From NCBI GenBank assembly GCA_903813345.2, contig CAIIXF020000001.1, forward strand, positions 23,870,001-23,934,000: 64,000 nt of DNA, in the 5' to 3' direction. This document shows positions 24,801 to 37,043 of the stretch, one piece after another. This DNA comes from Owenia fusiformis (Eukaryota). Positions within the stretch are counted from its first letter, which is position 1. Each line of letters starts with the position of its first letter. Below the pieces are notes generated by a model. The model was given only the letters and a program-made list of their open reading frames with translations. It did not search any database and was not told the DNA's origin. Made by a program: the position numbers and the translations under genes.

Positions 24801-26104
24801 AACCATCCTGGCATGGCTATTTCAATCCATCATTGTTTATTCATTCATAAAAGTATGTACCATGTACCCCTTTCTTTACAGAGGGTAGATACATTACAAG
24901 TATATATAACATGTAAAAGAAATAGCGAATTTGTTTAATTAAAAAATGCTTATATTGTCTAAACACATATGAATTTCATCCAAAAATGAGACATACATGT
25001 TTCCTCAAGAAAAACAGACAGCGACACCAGGGCGAAGCAAATTACATCAAACATTTTGTCAAGTGGCAAACACGTATGATATACATTTTCAATAGAACTG
25101 AAATGTTGAACCAATGCATTGCTTTACAATTATACAAAATGACTGAGATATTGTGAAGATTGTTAGTTATATAAAATACACTTAAAAAACGAAATACCAT
25201 ACATTTCTTTTGATGAAATCATTCATAATTTTTGCCAACATTTCACATTCCGTCTAATAAAAAGGCATAAAACTATCACACACCCGGTGATCGTGAAAAT
25301 GGGACGGAGGGGGAGCAAGCAATTTCTGGTAGAAAAATGAACAAATCTGAAAAATTATTTTTTCAAGAAAAGGTTTATGATTTAATTGCTAAACGAATAT
25401 GGTTTGGTATGGTAAAATATGTCGAGTATTCTACGAATTTTTTTTAGCCGATTCTCTTCTTAGGTATAAGATCTATTAAAAAAGGCGCAACACCACCAAC
25501 GTGCAAAAGTCAATGTTTTTGCTTTAAATCAAGCATCAACGGTCTACACAACGTGCAATAAATATTTGTAAGTGACATTATCATCATAAAATTAATGACC
25601 TTAATGACTTTACAAAATATGTTTCCATACGTTGTATAAAAAATAATCGAAAATAATTAAAATGGGACGGAGGGGGGGGGAGGACGGAGGGGGGGGGAGC
25701 AATATGTCTATAAGATATGATATGAGATGTTACTTGATACTTTATATCCAGATTTTCCCATTATGTCCTCAATTACAAAGGGTCAGGAATTGATAACATG
25801 TTGTACTTGTTAGGTTTAGTTAGAGGGGTCAAATTAAGGTTGGCAAAATATTCCAGGAGATTGTTTATCTATAAATGTTTACCTGTCTTAACGTTTTTAC
25901 TTGCTGATTTGTAGGCATATCATACACAGCACATCACACTTTGGACATGTAAGTTTCAGCGAAAATGTAAGTTATTCACAGCGAAGTAACAATCTACTTG
26001 ATATTAATTATGCAATATATTTTAATTATGCAGAATTGAATAAATACAAGAAGCTCACGCGTCTCCAACTCACGACCTAATGGTTATGACGTCTTTGTCT
26101 AGCT

Positions 26105-26470
26105 GAATTGCAAAATGCATATGGTCGAGGACAAATGTTACAATAAATACATATATTGCACTAAATGTGAATTGCAAAATGCATACGGTCGAGGACAAAT
26201 GTTACAATAAATACATATATTGCACTAAATGTGAATTGCAAAATGCATATGGTCGAGGACAAATGTTACAATAAATACATATATTGCACTAAATGTGAAT
26301 TGCAAAATGCATATGGTCGAGGACAAATGTTACAATAAATACATATATTGCACTAAATGTGAATTGCAAAATGCATATGGTCGAGGACAAATGTTACAAT
26401 AAATACATATATTGCACTAAATGTGAGATGCATATTGCATAATAAATACATATATTACACTTAATGTGAG
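26105..26470. repeat. 64-bp tandem repeat, 5 near-identical copies plus a partial
   Basis: Unit GAATTGCAAAATGCATATGGTCGAGGACAAATGTTACAATAAATACATATATTGCACTAAATGT starts at 26105, 26169, 26233, 26297 and 26361. Confidence 0.95.
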
Positions 26471-26664
26471 AAAATATATGCAAAGTACAGAACAGTATTT
26501 GGCGTAATAGGCGATGTGCCCATGGTATGATTTGGTACACTAATTGGGAAACTTCCTGGCAGATGATTTAGTCTAAATTCTACATCTGCTGAAGACCAAC
26601 ATAATCAAAAATATTAACATATACTAGATATCTGGTAGCGAGGTTAATAATGAAACAACTTAAG

Positions 26665-28601
26665 CATAGCCGTAGGCAGCGGGGGTTCGGTGGGTTCGAA
26701 CGAACCCCCGGTCAGGATTTCTCAAAATATCATTTTGGTGAAAATAACCAGAAACATTACTGTGCTATTTGAAAACTACATATATGAGCAGTACATGAAT
26801 TGATATTTGTTATGGTGAACACGAGAGCCTTATTTTGTTAAAAACATGTCATAGTGAAGTTACACTTCCCTCAGAACGTTTGGCAACCTTAGGCACGGGG
26901 TGAGATTCAATTTTGGGAAGACCCCAGAGCATGAGATTTTACATTTAGAAATAACAATAATTTCGCACAATTAACTTAAAAGCTGCTTCTTCTCGACAAA
27001 ATAACCCATCTTGGACAATGGCTAAATCAGTCCTTTGTAGGAATTTTGTTTTAAGCCAGTTCTGGTCCAATACGAAGATATTGAAACTAATTATTGAAAA
27101 CAATGCAGACGTCCCATACTCCGAATGGTTTTTACAACATTGACGAATAAATATCTGGAAAAGTCATAATATTGATGAAACACATGTTCTTTCAAATGTG
27201 TACATCTCTGTTTTGTTTTATTTCAATTAAAATTTAAAATATTTCTTGGGACGTCCCTGGGGCTGGCGTAGTCCCCGAAACCAATTCGTTAAATAATTAA
27301 AAACGTTGTGAAATTAATTATTTAAAAGCGTATATCATTTATGAACACAAGCATTTGTTCAAATTTATTCATTCTTTCAATTGTTCAGTACTTTCAGATA
27401 CACTCCACTCATCTAAGAGATTATATAGAATTCAAATTGTTATCGTTCCAGTTTACTTGCCCTCCATTTTCATGTTAATGTCATGATATGTTTAGCGAAT
27501 AAATTACATAATAAAAAAACATTGAAAATCATATGGTATTAATCTTCAAATAGTGAAAGCTTTATTTGTTATCAAGCCGTCTGAACTTAACAAAATACGT
27601 TTTATATTCGAACAGTCGCTTGTATTTATATATGATTTATATCCACCAAAACGTTTTTATTATCAGTTGCAGTTAATCTGCTCAGGGGAACTTACCACTC
27701 CGAAGCAATATTTTTAACTTTTTAAAACAAAGCATAACCGAGACCCACTTATTTGAAGATATTTTCATCAGTAATACGACTATCCTGGATAGTTTAAAAA
27801 GCCTTCGTATAAACGTTGTGAAAAGTTATCATAGAAGAACGACCTTTCAGAGTACAGGGTGTTTGCGCCAATTTCAATAACCTTGCAGTTGATCCGAACT
27901 GGCTTCCAACAAAATTCCTGAAAAATAATGACAAGCCATTGCATGAGGTGATTTATTTTGTCCTAGATGAAGTAGCTTATAAAGAATAAATTGTGCGAAA
28001 TAGTTGATATTCCTTGGAAACGAATCATGCTCCAGGATCTTCTAGAAGTCAGACGAAATAATGCTGGATTCGGGGCAAATCACATTTCAGGATATGTACT
28101 AGTATTCAGTAAAAGATTCACCGAAATATATTTTGATGCAGAAAACTAATTGTAAGTTGTCTGACTTTTTTGAACGTTGCCTAAAGTGAACATTTAAGTT
28201 AGAAAGCTACAAGGTCATTTTTGAAAATCGTTTTTACGTCCTGTGTTATTTCAATGGGAGAGGTTTCTTGATAAAGCCTATTACTTTCAGACTTTGCTTA
28301 ACGTAAATAAAGACATCATATTTGTTAAATAAAATTCAAATTCAATTGTCTACTTAATTTAATGAAGGTATTAATATGAATTATATATTCCCCTCCTTTT
28401 CTTTACAAATTATGCATATAAAATTGAAACTTAAAGATGCTTCAATACATAATCCAATGGGTAAGTTAGGTTTGCCAAACTTTTGGAGGGAGTTTAATTG
28501 TACAAATTGCATTATTTGAGGAACCCTAATAAGGGGGGGGGGGGATTTGTGAATGATATAAAAATAGAACCCCCGGTCACCAAATCCTGGCTACGCCACT
28601 G
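26665..28601. mobile_element. hAT5-like MITE (5-bp TSD), interrupted by a Tc1/mariner-like element
   Basis: Imperfect TIR CATAGCCGTAGGCAG / CTGGCTACGCCACTG. TTAAG at 26660-26664 and 28602-28606. GAACCCCCGGTCA near both ends. Confidence 0.65.
26863..28494. mobile_element. Degenerate Tc1/mariner-like element
   Basis: TA|CACTTCCCTCAGAACGTTTGGCAAC ... TTTGCCAAACTTTTGGAGGGAGTT|TA. TIR and internal CTCTCCCATTGAAATAACACAGGA are shared with the element at 32042-32680. Confidence 0.6.
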
Positions 28602-29873
28602 TTAAGTAACTGCTTACTCGAAAACTTGCATGTCCAAATAGAAATATGATGCGATGTCTACATTTTTATGATAAGTCTTCAAAAAATAAAAACTATTATA
28701 CACATAAAAAGATAAACGCTAGATCCTCCAAGATTTTGATAATCCTAAATAAATCTAACTACGAATACAACTTGTTATCAATTCCTAACCCATTGTAATT
28801 GAGGAGAAAATGGGAAAATTTGGATATAAAGTGAAGTAACATCTCTCATCATGTCGTATAGACATTTTGCTCCCCCCTCCGTCCCCTCCCCCCCTCCGTC
28901 CCATTTTAATTATTTTCGATTATTTTTTATACAACGTATGGAAACGTATTTTGTAAAGTCATTAAGGTCATTAATTTTATGATGATAATGTCACTTACAA
29001 ATATTTATTGCAGGTTATGTAGACCGTTGATGCTTGATTTAAAGCAAACACATTGACTTTTGCACGTTGGTGGCGTTGCGCCTTTTTAATAGATCTTATA
29101 CCTAAGAAGAGAATCGGCTAAAAAAAATTCGTAGAATACGCGACATATTTTACCATACCGTGCGCCTATTCGTTTAGCAATTAAATCATAAACCTTTTCT
29201 TGAAAAAATAATTTTTGCAGATTTGTTCATTTTTCTACCAGAAATTGCTTGCTCCCCCCTCCGTCCCATTTTCACGTTCACCGGGTGTGTATCATTTTAA
29301 GACAATTTTCTCAGAACTTTTTGACAATCTACACGGTGCAATGAAAACGACAACCATATTTGGGATTTCGTCAAAAGATAAATGATTCAAAATATTTACA
29401 TATAAAATATCAAGAAAATCCTCCCATTACCTTTCGAAAATGAAGCACTTCACAAAATAGGCTCCCATTTTCAAAATGGTTCCAATATTGGTCGAATTGT
29501 GAAAAAACGCCATGCCTCCAGAATTCACGTTCAAATGTCATCTAAATCGCTCATGATAATTTTTAGATTTAACGACACGTAAAGAAATTTTTCAAAATGA
29601 CACTATATCAAATTTTGGGAAATAAAATTTCTAACTAAATCAATGTAATGAATAATTTGACTCTGACAATATTAAAATTATTTTATAATAGCAAGAACAG
29701 TAACAAATACAATTTAATGTAACAGCAATACCATTTGATGTAAACGAGTGGCCATTTTGAAAATCGGCTTCAGGGCAGAATATCCACTCCCCGTAAAGTA
29801 TGCATATAATGAACAAAACAGGGGCACCGGGATTTGTCATCCGGATGGACGGACATCTTGACATATATAAATA

Positions 29874-30598
29874 CAGGGTGACCCAAAGAAATGCAACCCT
29901 CCATTTCTTCAATATTTTTCTTAAATGGAGGTTAATTGCTCTGAAATTTGGCACACAACGACTTTACTCAATGTGGGATCCTCTGGCAAAGTTTCAATAA
30001 TCATAGTCTTATATTGATAGAGTAATGGTCGTTCCAAAATATGAGGAAGTTCTAGGCAGTTTTAGAGTGACATACAGGCTTCAATAGACAATAAGAGTGG
30101 TTCTAGAAGGATGAAGATACTCCTCACACTTCTAATGATAGCATAGCCTGGCTCACTTGTCATTTCTATGAGAAGATTATCTCTCCTAGGACGGAGAACC
30201 CATGGTCATTCCACAGTCTTGATCTCAATGCCCCTGACTTCTATATACGGGGTTATTTAGAGGATAATGTGTATGAACATAACCCTACCGCAATTGCAGA
30301 ACTCCATCAAGTAATGGCTGCAAAAATTTGAGCCATACCCATGGGGAAGAATGCCTCCGTGTTATGAACAGTTTTCCTTAAACATTGCAAGTTTGTTTTC
30401 AGCGGAATTGACGATAGCTGTGGCATATTTTGACACAACCATAACTCTACATGTATCAATATAAGACTATGATTATTTAAATTTGCCAGAAGATCCCACA
30501 TTGAATGAAGTCCTTGTGTGCCAAATTCCAGAGCAATTAACCTCCATTTAAGAAAAATATTGAAGAAATGGAAGGTTGCATTTTTTTGGGTCACCCTG
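29874..30598 (+). mobile_element. Internally deleted mariner-like transposon with ~145-bp TIRs
   Basis: TA|CAGGGTGACCCAAA...TTTGGGTCACCCTG|CA. Interior reads PWSFHSLDLNAPDFYIRGYLEDNVY, a decayed WP-x-x-SPDLNP-x-DF-x-LWGYLK-x-x-VY transposase motif. Confidence 0.9.
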
Positions 30599-32041
30599 CA
30601 TGTTTTGTTAGACGATTGTGTTTTCAATACGCCCTCTTAGCTTCGTTCAATGAGATAACTCGTATATAGAAACTATATCAATACTTTGTTGTTTTTCACT
30701 TCCTGGCACATTTGTTTGTTTATCTGTAAATAAGTCAAAATGCTTTTTACATATTATCAAACTTATATTATCAATTGGGGTCACACAGACGACAAAAACC
30801 CACTCGGGGTAAATATATGTCAAAAGATAAAACATTTAGTTAAACGCCATGACATTTTTGGAGGAGTCATATTTAATAGAACGACAGGGCAAGCATCCAG
30901 TTGGCTGTGACTTTCTGAATTTTCAGGGAACAATAGGTGTTCCCTTTGAGACGTTTTGAGATTTCAAAAGTCAAATATTCTCCATATTATTATTATTTAG
31001 AGTGTAATTTTCCCAAACTATCTAATGACATGTAGACAAAGTATAGATAATCAAAACAATATATGGCCATGAAGCTCCTGTTGATAGGCTGACACACTGG
31101 ATAAGCTCCAAGAAGATAACCTTGCGATAGTACTCCTTTACCAATTTCACCAATAAAATTGATAAATCAGAAAAATCCAAATGGGATTTCTTTCTGAAAA
31201 AATGTATACCAGCTTTGCCTACTTGTAACGAATTATGAATTCATGACATTATTTTACTGATCTGATGTGATAATTGCCAAGTTCGAAAAGTCATCTTGAA
31301 TTATGTTTTGTACTTTCTTGAATTAATTACTGAACAAGACTTAATAGTTGACCCACGAAAGGTAAATAAATTGTACCAAAGTTCATGCATCTATCAGAAT
31401 CTAGTCACAAAACGACAAGCATCCAAAGATAGCTTACATTTTAAACAAAGAATAAGATAATCTAATAAAGAATGTGGCCGCTCTTTGACCAGATGCTTTG
31501 ACACTCGAGCTCTTGGACTTTGATAAAGCCTAATTTATAATCTCAATAGACATTGGATTTTGGACCCAGCAGTGAACTTTGTAATTTGAAGTATTTTATT
31601 TTTCTGGTGCAATCTATTGATATGAACGCATGGCATATTCCGTCCACGTACACGTGACTAAGTGGTCATCAACCCCCCATTTGACACAAAAATCTAAAAC
31701 TAATCTTGTGACCCTCCTAAATTGTTATTTCCTCATTTTTTAATTCTAAAACTGAGAATCGAACTTATTTAGGAATTTACATATTGGCAGTAAAAGTAAA
31801 ACATTGATTGGCTTGAAATTCACGATAAGATTTACAAAAGAGTAAAATCCAATTATGTTTTCAATACCATTCCAAGATAAAGACACACGGTAACTATTTT
31901 GGAACGATTGGCAAACGTTTTGTTTTGAATTATTGAACTTTGGTAAAATTCTAATGCCAAAATGTCAATAGTTCGAGTAACACTAACTTATATTCCATTT
32001 CAACCACAATGTAATTCGATCAAGATACATGACAAAATTTA

Positions 32042-32680
32042 CACTAACCTCCATAAGTTTGGCAACCTTAGCTCCCCCATTGAACTACGTGTTAAGGCCT
32101 CTTTACCTTTGAATTTTTATTTACTTAACCTACTATGGAAATACTTATACTATTGATGGAAACGTAATTTGACTTTATTTCCAATACCTCCAAATTTTCT
32201 CAATTTTTTCCTTAATTACAATAAGTCGAAATTTGATGAATTTTGGAAAATCGGCATTCCCATGTTAACCAATGGGAAATGGCAGGTTTGCCGCAAGTAA
32301 TATGACAGAATATCCATCCATCCGAGTTCTTCCAAAAATACGACTTGGCAGGCAATTGAATTTTCTCACTTTATTTAACAAAATTGATATGTTACTTCAG
32401 GTTCAACAAAGTTATAGGGCTTTAAAGTCAAAATTGTCAAAAATCCTCTCCCATTGAAATAACACAGGAGGCGAAAAATGATCAAATTTATCAAAATTAT
32501 CATCAATTTTCGACCTATTATAATGGAGGAAAAAATTGAGAAAATTCGGAGGTATTGGAAATAAAGTCAAGTTACGTTTCCATCAATATTATAAGTTAAG
32601 TAAATAAAAATTCAAACGTAGAGGCTTTAACACGTAGTCCAACGAGGGAGCTAAGGTTGCCAAACTTATGGAGGGGAGTG
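32042..32680. mobile_element. Tc1/mariner-type MITE with ~200-bp inverted arms
   Basis: TA|CACTAACCTCCATAAGTTTGGCAACCTTAGCTCCC ... GGGAGCTAAGGTTGCCAAACTTATGGAGGGGAGTG|TA. Confidence 0.85.
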
Positions 32681-34943
32681 TAGATCTGCCAGACCAAGTA
32701 TTGAACGTTTCAATACAAAGTTAGTTGCTTTGTGTATATATGGAATATATTTTTTCATTTAACCATTAAATTCTTCGATTTCAACATGCTCTCAAATGTT
32801 AATAAATGGAAATGTTTCAAATATTTTTTTCATGGACCCGTCAAGTCATCAATTTGCTTCAAATTATACAGATACCTTTTTATATGATGACATTAATTTC
32901 TACAAGATGAACTGAAAATTATGTCGCAGAGATTCAAAATTGTCACCAATTTACCAAATATCGTTATCGAAACAGGGAATATGGTACTATTTCTGAGATG
33001 GTTAGATCAAGGAAGGCTAAGATATTTGAATGGAGAATTCTTCATATCCACCAATTGGATTGGAACAAAACTAAATTGGATGAGACCAGATTCCCTAAAG
33101 ATTCCTTTCCATTTCTCTAGTCCATGATATCAACACTTTCAATCTAAGTCTAAGCATGGATTTTGAAGGTACATACATACATTTAGCTGTGTTACAATCG
33201 CATTAGTCATATGACCCCAGTGCCCAAGGTACTATTTATTCATAATTGCTTTTTAGATTTAGGTATGGATTTCAAAAATGTTTTCATTAGAGAAGCCGAA
33301 GTCAACAATGCAATTGCTGATATTATGCCATCAACAGTTTTTAATTTTAGCGTATTAGATGTGAAAATACTTCATTTTCGTTGACATTTGATGGTACAAT
33401 TGATTATGATGATTTGATATTCATGTCAAACTTTCAAATATAAAAATTCAGAAATTATCAGGTTCTATTTCAGGCAAAGTTAATTACTAGTGATTGTCAA
33501 TTAGTCCCATATTGCCCTTTCAACTATTTAAAAGGATAACTTAGTATATAGATAGCTGGTCGTGGAACTTGACTTCTCCAAGTTCAAGTGGATTATCGAT
33601 AAAGAGATAATTCAATCAAATAAAATGGCTATGTTGCACTTTGTGTCGATCTTTGGTCACATTGTTTCACAAGCATAAATCATTGTTTACTCATATTCAA
33701 TATTTAAAAATAGTCACCCTAAAATGTAATAAATATTTTCTATTGCATCACAAAGTGAATGGGTTCAAGTGAAATTAGTGCATTCAACACATCTTCTAAG
33801 AATAAATAGACAAGGCAATCTCATGGTACAGCAGATATAATCGTTTTATTACATACATTTTCGAAAAACAACAATACCGTTACATTTTTTTTATTGAATA
33901 AAACATGAAACAATACATTTAACAAGGCAAAGATAAAATATTAAACCACTTTCACACCACCTCCATTCATTCAGATATTCGCAACCGTCATACCCAAAAA
34001 CTCTGGTGTATATAAAAACATAGTATTTTCAAATTGAGTCTAGCTCGTCCAGTTTGGGATTTACCTCATTAAACTGTTTTGCATATATATACTGTAATAT
34101 TTGATTACTGGTGATAGCCTATTTAGCAAAATACATATTTAGCATAACACCATATCATGGGCATTAAAATCAAGATTTACATTAAATAATTTCTCTAAAT
34201 TCTCTTTAATAGCTTTCAAAAAATCTGAACCCGCCTACACTACCAAAATTTGCGCTTTTTAAAGTGTCTCTTAGTGGACAGTCACTACAATTAGCATCAT
34301 GTTTAATTCCTATCTGCGTTAAGCAAGCCGTTACATTTTGATTATGTCTTAAAGTTGTTCATTAGATCGAGAAGAAATTCGTTTAGCGCATTAAATGATC
34401 ACAATTTTCAAAAATTGACAGAAGAACATTGTATACTTGCTTTACTCTAATCAATACTTATTCAAAAATACAACTGCTTTTGAATGTGTCCAAGTGCACG
34501 TGTATTGTTTTAAACAGAAAATGTAACTATTCATTTGCCATTAGTTCGTGAGTCTCAAAGCTCAACAAGTCACTAATAACCTACAAGAATACAATGTTCA
34601 TATGACAAATTGAATTTCAACTTGAAAGAGGAACAAAAGTACATATTATCAGTATTTTTGATATCTCCTCCATAATGCGTTAGCAAATGATTGTTTGATT
34701 GTTTTATTACTGAGCTACACGAGTCGCTCGATCACATTGCCGCTTTTAAAAGTATTTCATATTTCGATTTAAGTTCATCGAGAAACATTTTTTAGATAAA
34801 AAAGATATAAGCAAGGTGAATATTTTTTAAAAAAACTTTGAAAATTAAATTTTCAATAAGATACTGAAATAGTATCACGATAACCCAAGCCATTCCATTT
34901 CATTGCTTCTCGGAAATGAGATGCTATGATACATCAGCTTTAA

Positions 34944-35972
34944 AGACCCCTAGCAAAGTTTGAAAATATCGTTTTGTACAGCACTTTGCACTAACAGTTA
35001 TTTCTACGCTTCATTCCAAAGATTATTTCTTAAAACATCTTTAATGGTGATTGTTTGGAAAAAATCAAATTTTGCGATGGAAACTCGGACAAATTGTTCA
35101 TCAATTCCTTATGTTTTGTATCCTCCAACACATGCTCAACATATTCAATTTAGTAACTAATTCGATATAATTGAGAATTTATATATGACAATCATTTAAA
35201 TACAACATTGGATTAAACTAATTTCTGAAAATAGTTGTTTGAAATAATTATTGTGAATTGATGAAATCTTAATGTTTGGATGATACAAGATATTGGACAG
35301 CAAAACCTAGATGCACCACAAAAATAACAGTATTTTGCCTGATGTTTTCATTGTTTGTCATTTAAGAGGTAGCCCTTAAGGGCACTTTCTGGCGAAATCT
35401 TAAACAAATGATGCATCAGCAATATTACTTCAACCAGTATGTTGGAGGATACAAAATATTAGACAAATGGTATATGCATAGAAAAAGTATTTCATTGCAT
35501 GAGTAACACTCATCTAACATCGCTCTTTAAGAACTGATGTCAAACATATTTTTTATGTAGTTTGGAAAACATCAACGCAGTCGATGCTCTGTGTGAACTG
35601 TATTCCTTTGTTTTTTTGTGATGTTGTGATGACATCAAAATAGCACACAATTGAATGTTGGTATCAACCCGGGTTATCAACACAAGCGACGCAGGCTATA
35701 GTAGAACAACTGATTTTAAAAACATCAATTATCGTAAATGCCCTCTTCTTAATTTTTTCAACACAGAATAGATTATGGTTTGCGCTATTCATTGGTGTGA
35801 ATTACTACTTGTTAATAGATGCGTGTGACAAAAAAGTATCCCAATTTTTCAAACAAAATGTTATTCAAAATAACTTTCTGACTGAATTAAGAAAGGTTTT
35901 CTCAAATCAAATCTGATAACATTAGATAAACTACAACAGAAGCCAAAGTGGTTTAAACTATTCCAGGGGCCT
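34944..35972. mobile_element. Possible Kolobok-like element (TTAA TSD)
   Basis: TTAA|AGACCCCTAGCAAAGTTTGAA versus the reverse complement of the right end, AGGCCCCTGGAATAGTTTAAA (16/21). Internal inverted pair TTTTGTATCCTCCAACA / TGTTGGAGGATACAAAA. Confidence 0.45.
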
Positions 35973-36934
35973 TTAACGATCGAACAAAAAGATTAAAAAC
36001 CAACATTATTTCAAACCCACTCAAAGGGGTCGTGGAAATGAAACAAATCCAGCAAGTATACACTGTTAGAGACCTAGCATTGGGATGGATATCTCAGTTC
36101 CCACTAAATGTGAGGTCTCATCAACCACCATCATGACCATGCAATCCGCAAACAATACATTCATGGTACATATCTCATAGATCTCATATTTTATAAATGC
36201 AATTTACAAAAACGTTATTTCATTTACATATAGCCTTATGTTTATTTCTTAAATATGTAGGCTGCTTTTATGCAGTTCTTCATAATAAAAATGTCCAATC
36301 AGTCAACTAATAATACCGTGCTATGATTGTTACTATTGAAAGGGGTTCGAGGGTGTAGAGAGTATTGAATCTCCGGGAACCCGTAGTTTCTAGAACAAAT
36401 TCTCATAATCAATGATTTCACAATGGTTATGAAATTATGTTTTAAACAATTATCAAACTGTGATTTATTAAAATTAGCCATGTTGGGCCGATACGGGAGT
36501 AAACAACTATTCTCTTGACTTGAGTTCTACTTGGTGGGTTATCAGCTTAACGAGGTCAAACGTCAACAATTTGGCCCACAATCTCGATTTTCATATTTCT
36601 ATTTGTTCTTAATCAGCTGGTTTGTCGAAATCTGCGCCCGGATAGGGAGCGTGTCAAGAATAACCACTTCGCAATTGAATTCAAGAAAAATTCCATTAAA
36701 CCAAAATAGTTTGTTTCTCTGTGTCGTTTATAAAATGAGCCAAGCGTTTAGCTTAGAGCCATTACACATGCACCATATATATTTTGAACATTATGATCCC
36801 TTTCTCCCACCAGAGTTCTTAAGTGAGTGGGTTAATCTAGGGCTCTGTTAAATGCAGGTGAAGATGTCAGCAAAATTTTGCATGTTATCTCTTCAATTTT
36901 GTAACTTAATCAAAAATGGCCTATGACCCCTTGG

Positions 36935-36942
36935 TATATAAG
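36935..36942 (+). promoter_or_regulatory. TATA box of the lipoprotein gene
   Basis: TATATAAG ~109 nt upstream of the signal-peptide ATG at 37044. GATA site (TTATCT ~36885) and TGACC half-site (~36924) lie just upstream. Confidence 0.6.
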
Positions 36943-37043
36943 AGTCTGTGAGGCCCGAAAGAGGCAATTAGAACCTGTGCAGGGCTTTAGACACTAAATA
37001 CGCAGCAAATAAGGAATAAAGAAAAGAAGAGAATAAGTCCAAG

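Larger units (their letters stand above)
25279..29289. mobile_element. Long-TIR non-autonomous DNA transposon, CAC...GTG termini, 5-bp TSD (Transib-like)
   Basis: CACACCCGGTGA(T/A)CGTGAAAATGGGACGGAGGG at both ends. Inverted arms clearly similar for ~540 bp and degenerate to ~700 bp. TATCA at 25274-25278 and 29290-29294. Confidence 0.85.

Noticed and set aside
26105-26424. CRISPR-like regular array
   Set aside because: Units are contiguous with no unique spacers, no cas genes are present and the context is eukaryotic. It is a minisatellite inside a transposon.
27780-28080. TTF zinc-finger/hAT transposase remnant on the minus strand (ACHYF, GY*NWRK)
   Set aside because: Too short and interrupted, and it lies inside Tc1/mariner-like TIRs. 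It cannot be supported without a search.
36946-36970. Hammerhead-ribozyme-like CTGTGAGGCCCGAAAGAGGC
   Set aside because: Lacks the CUGANGA core and the GAAA after stem II. It sits at the expected transcription start behind the TATA box.
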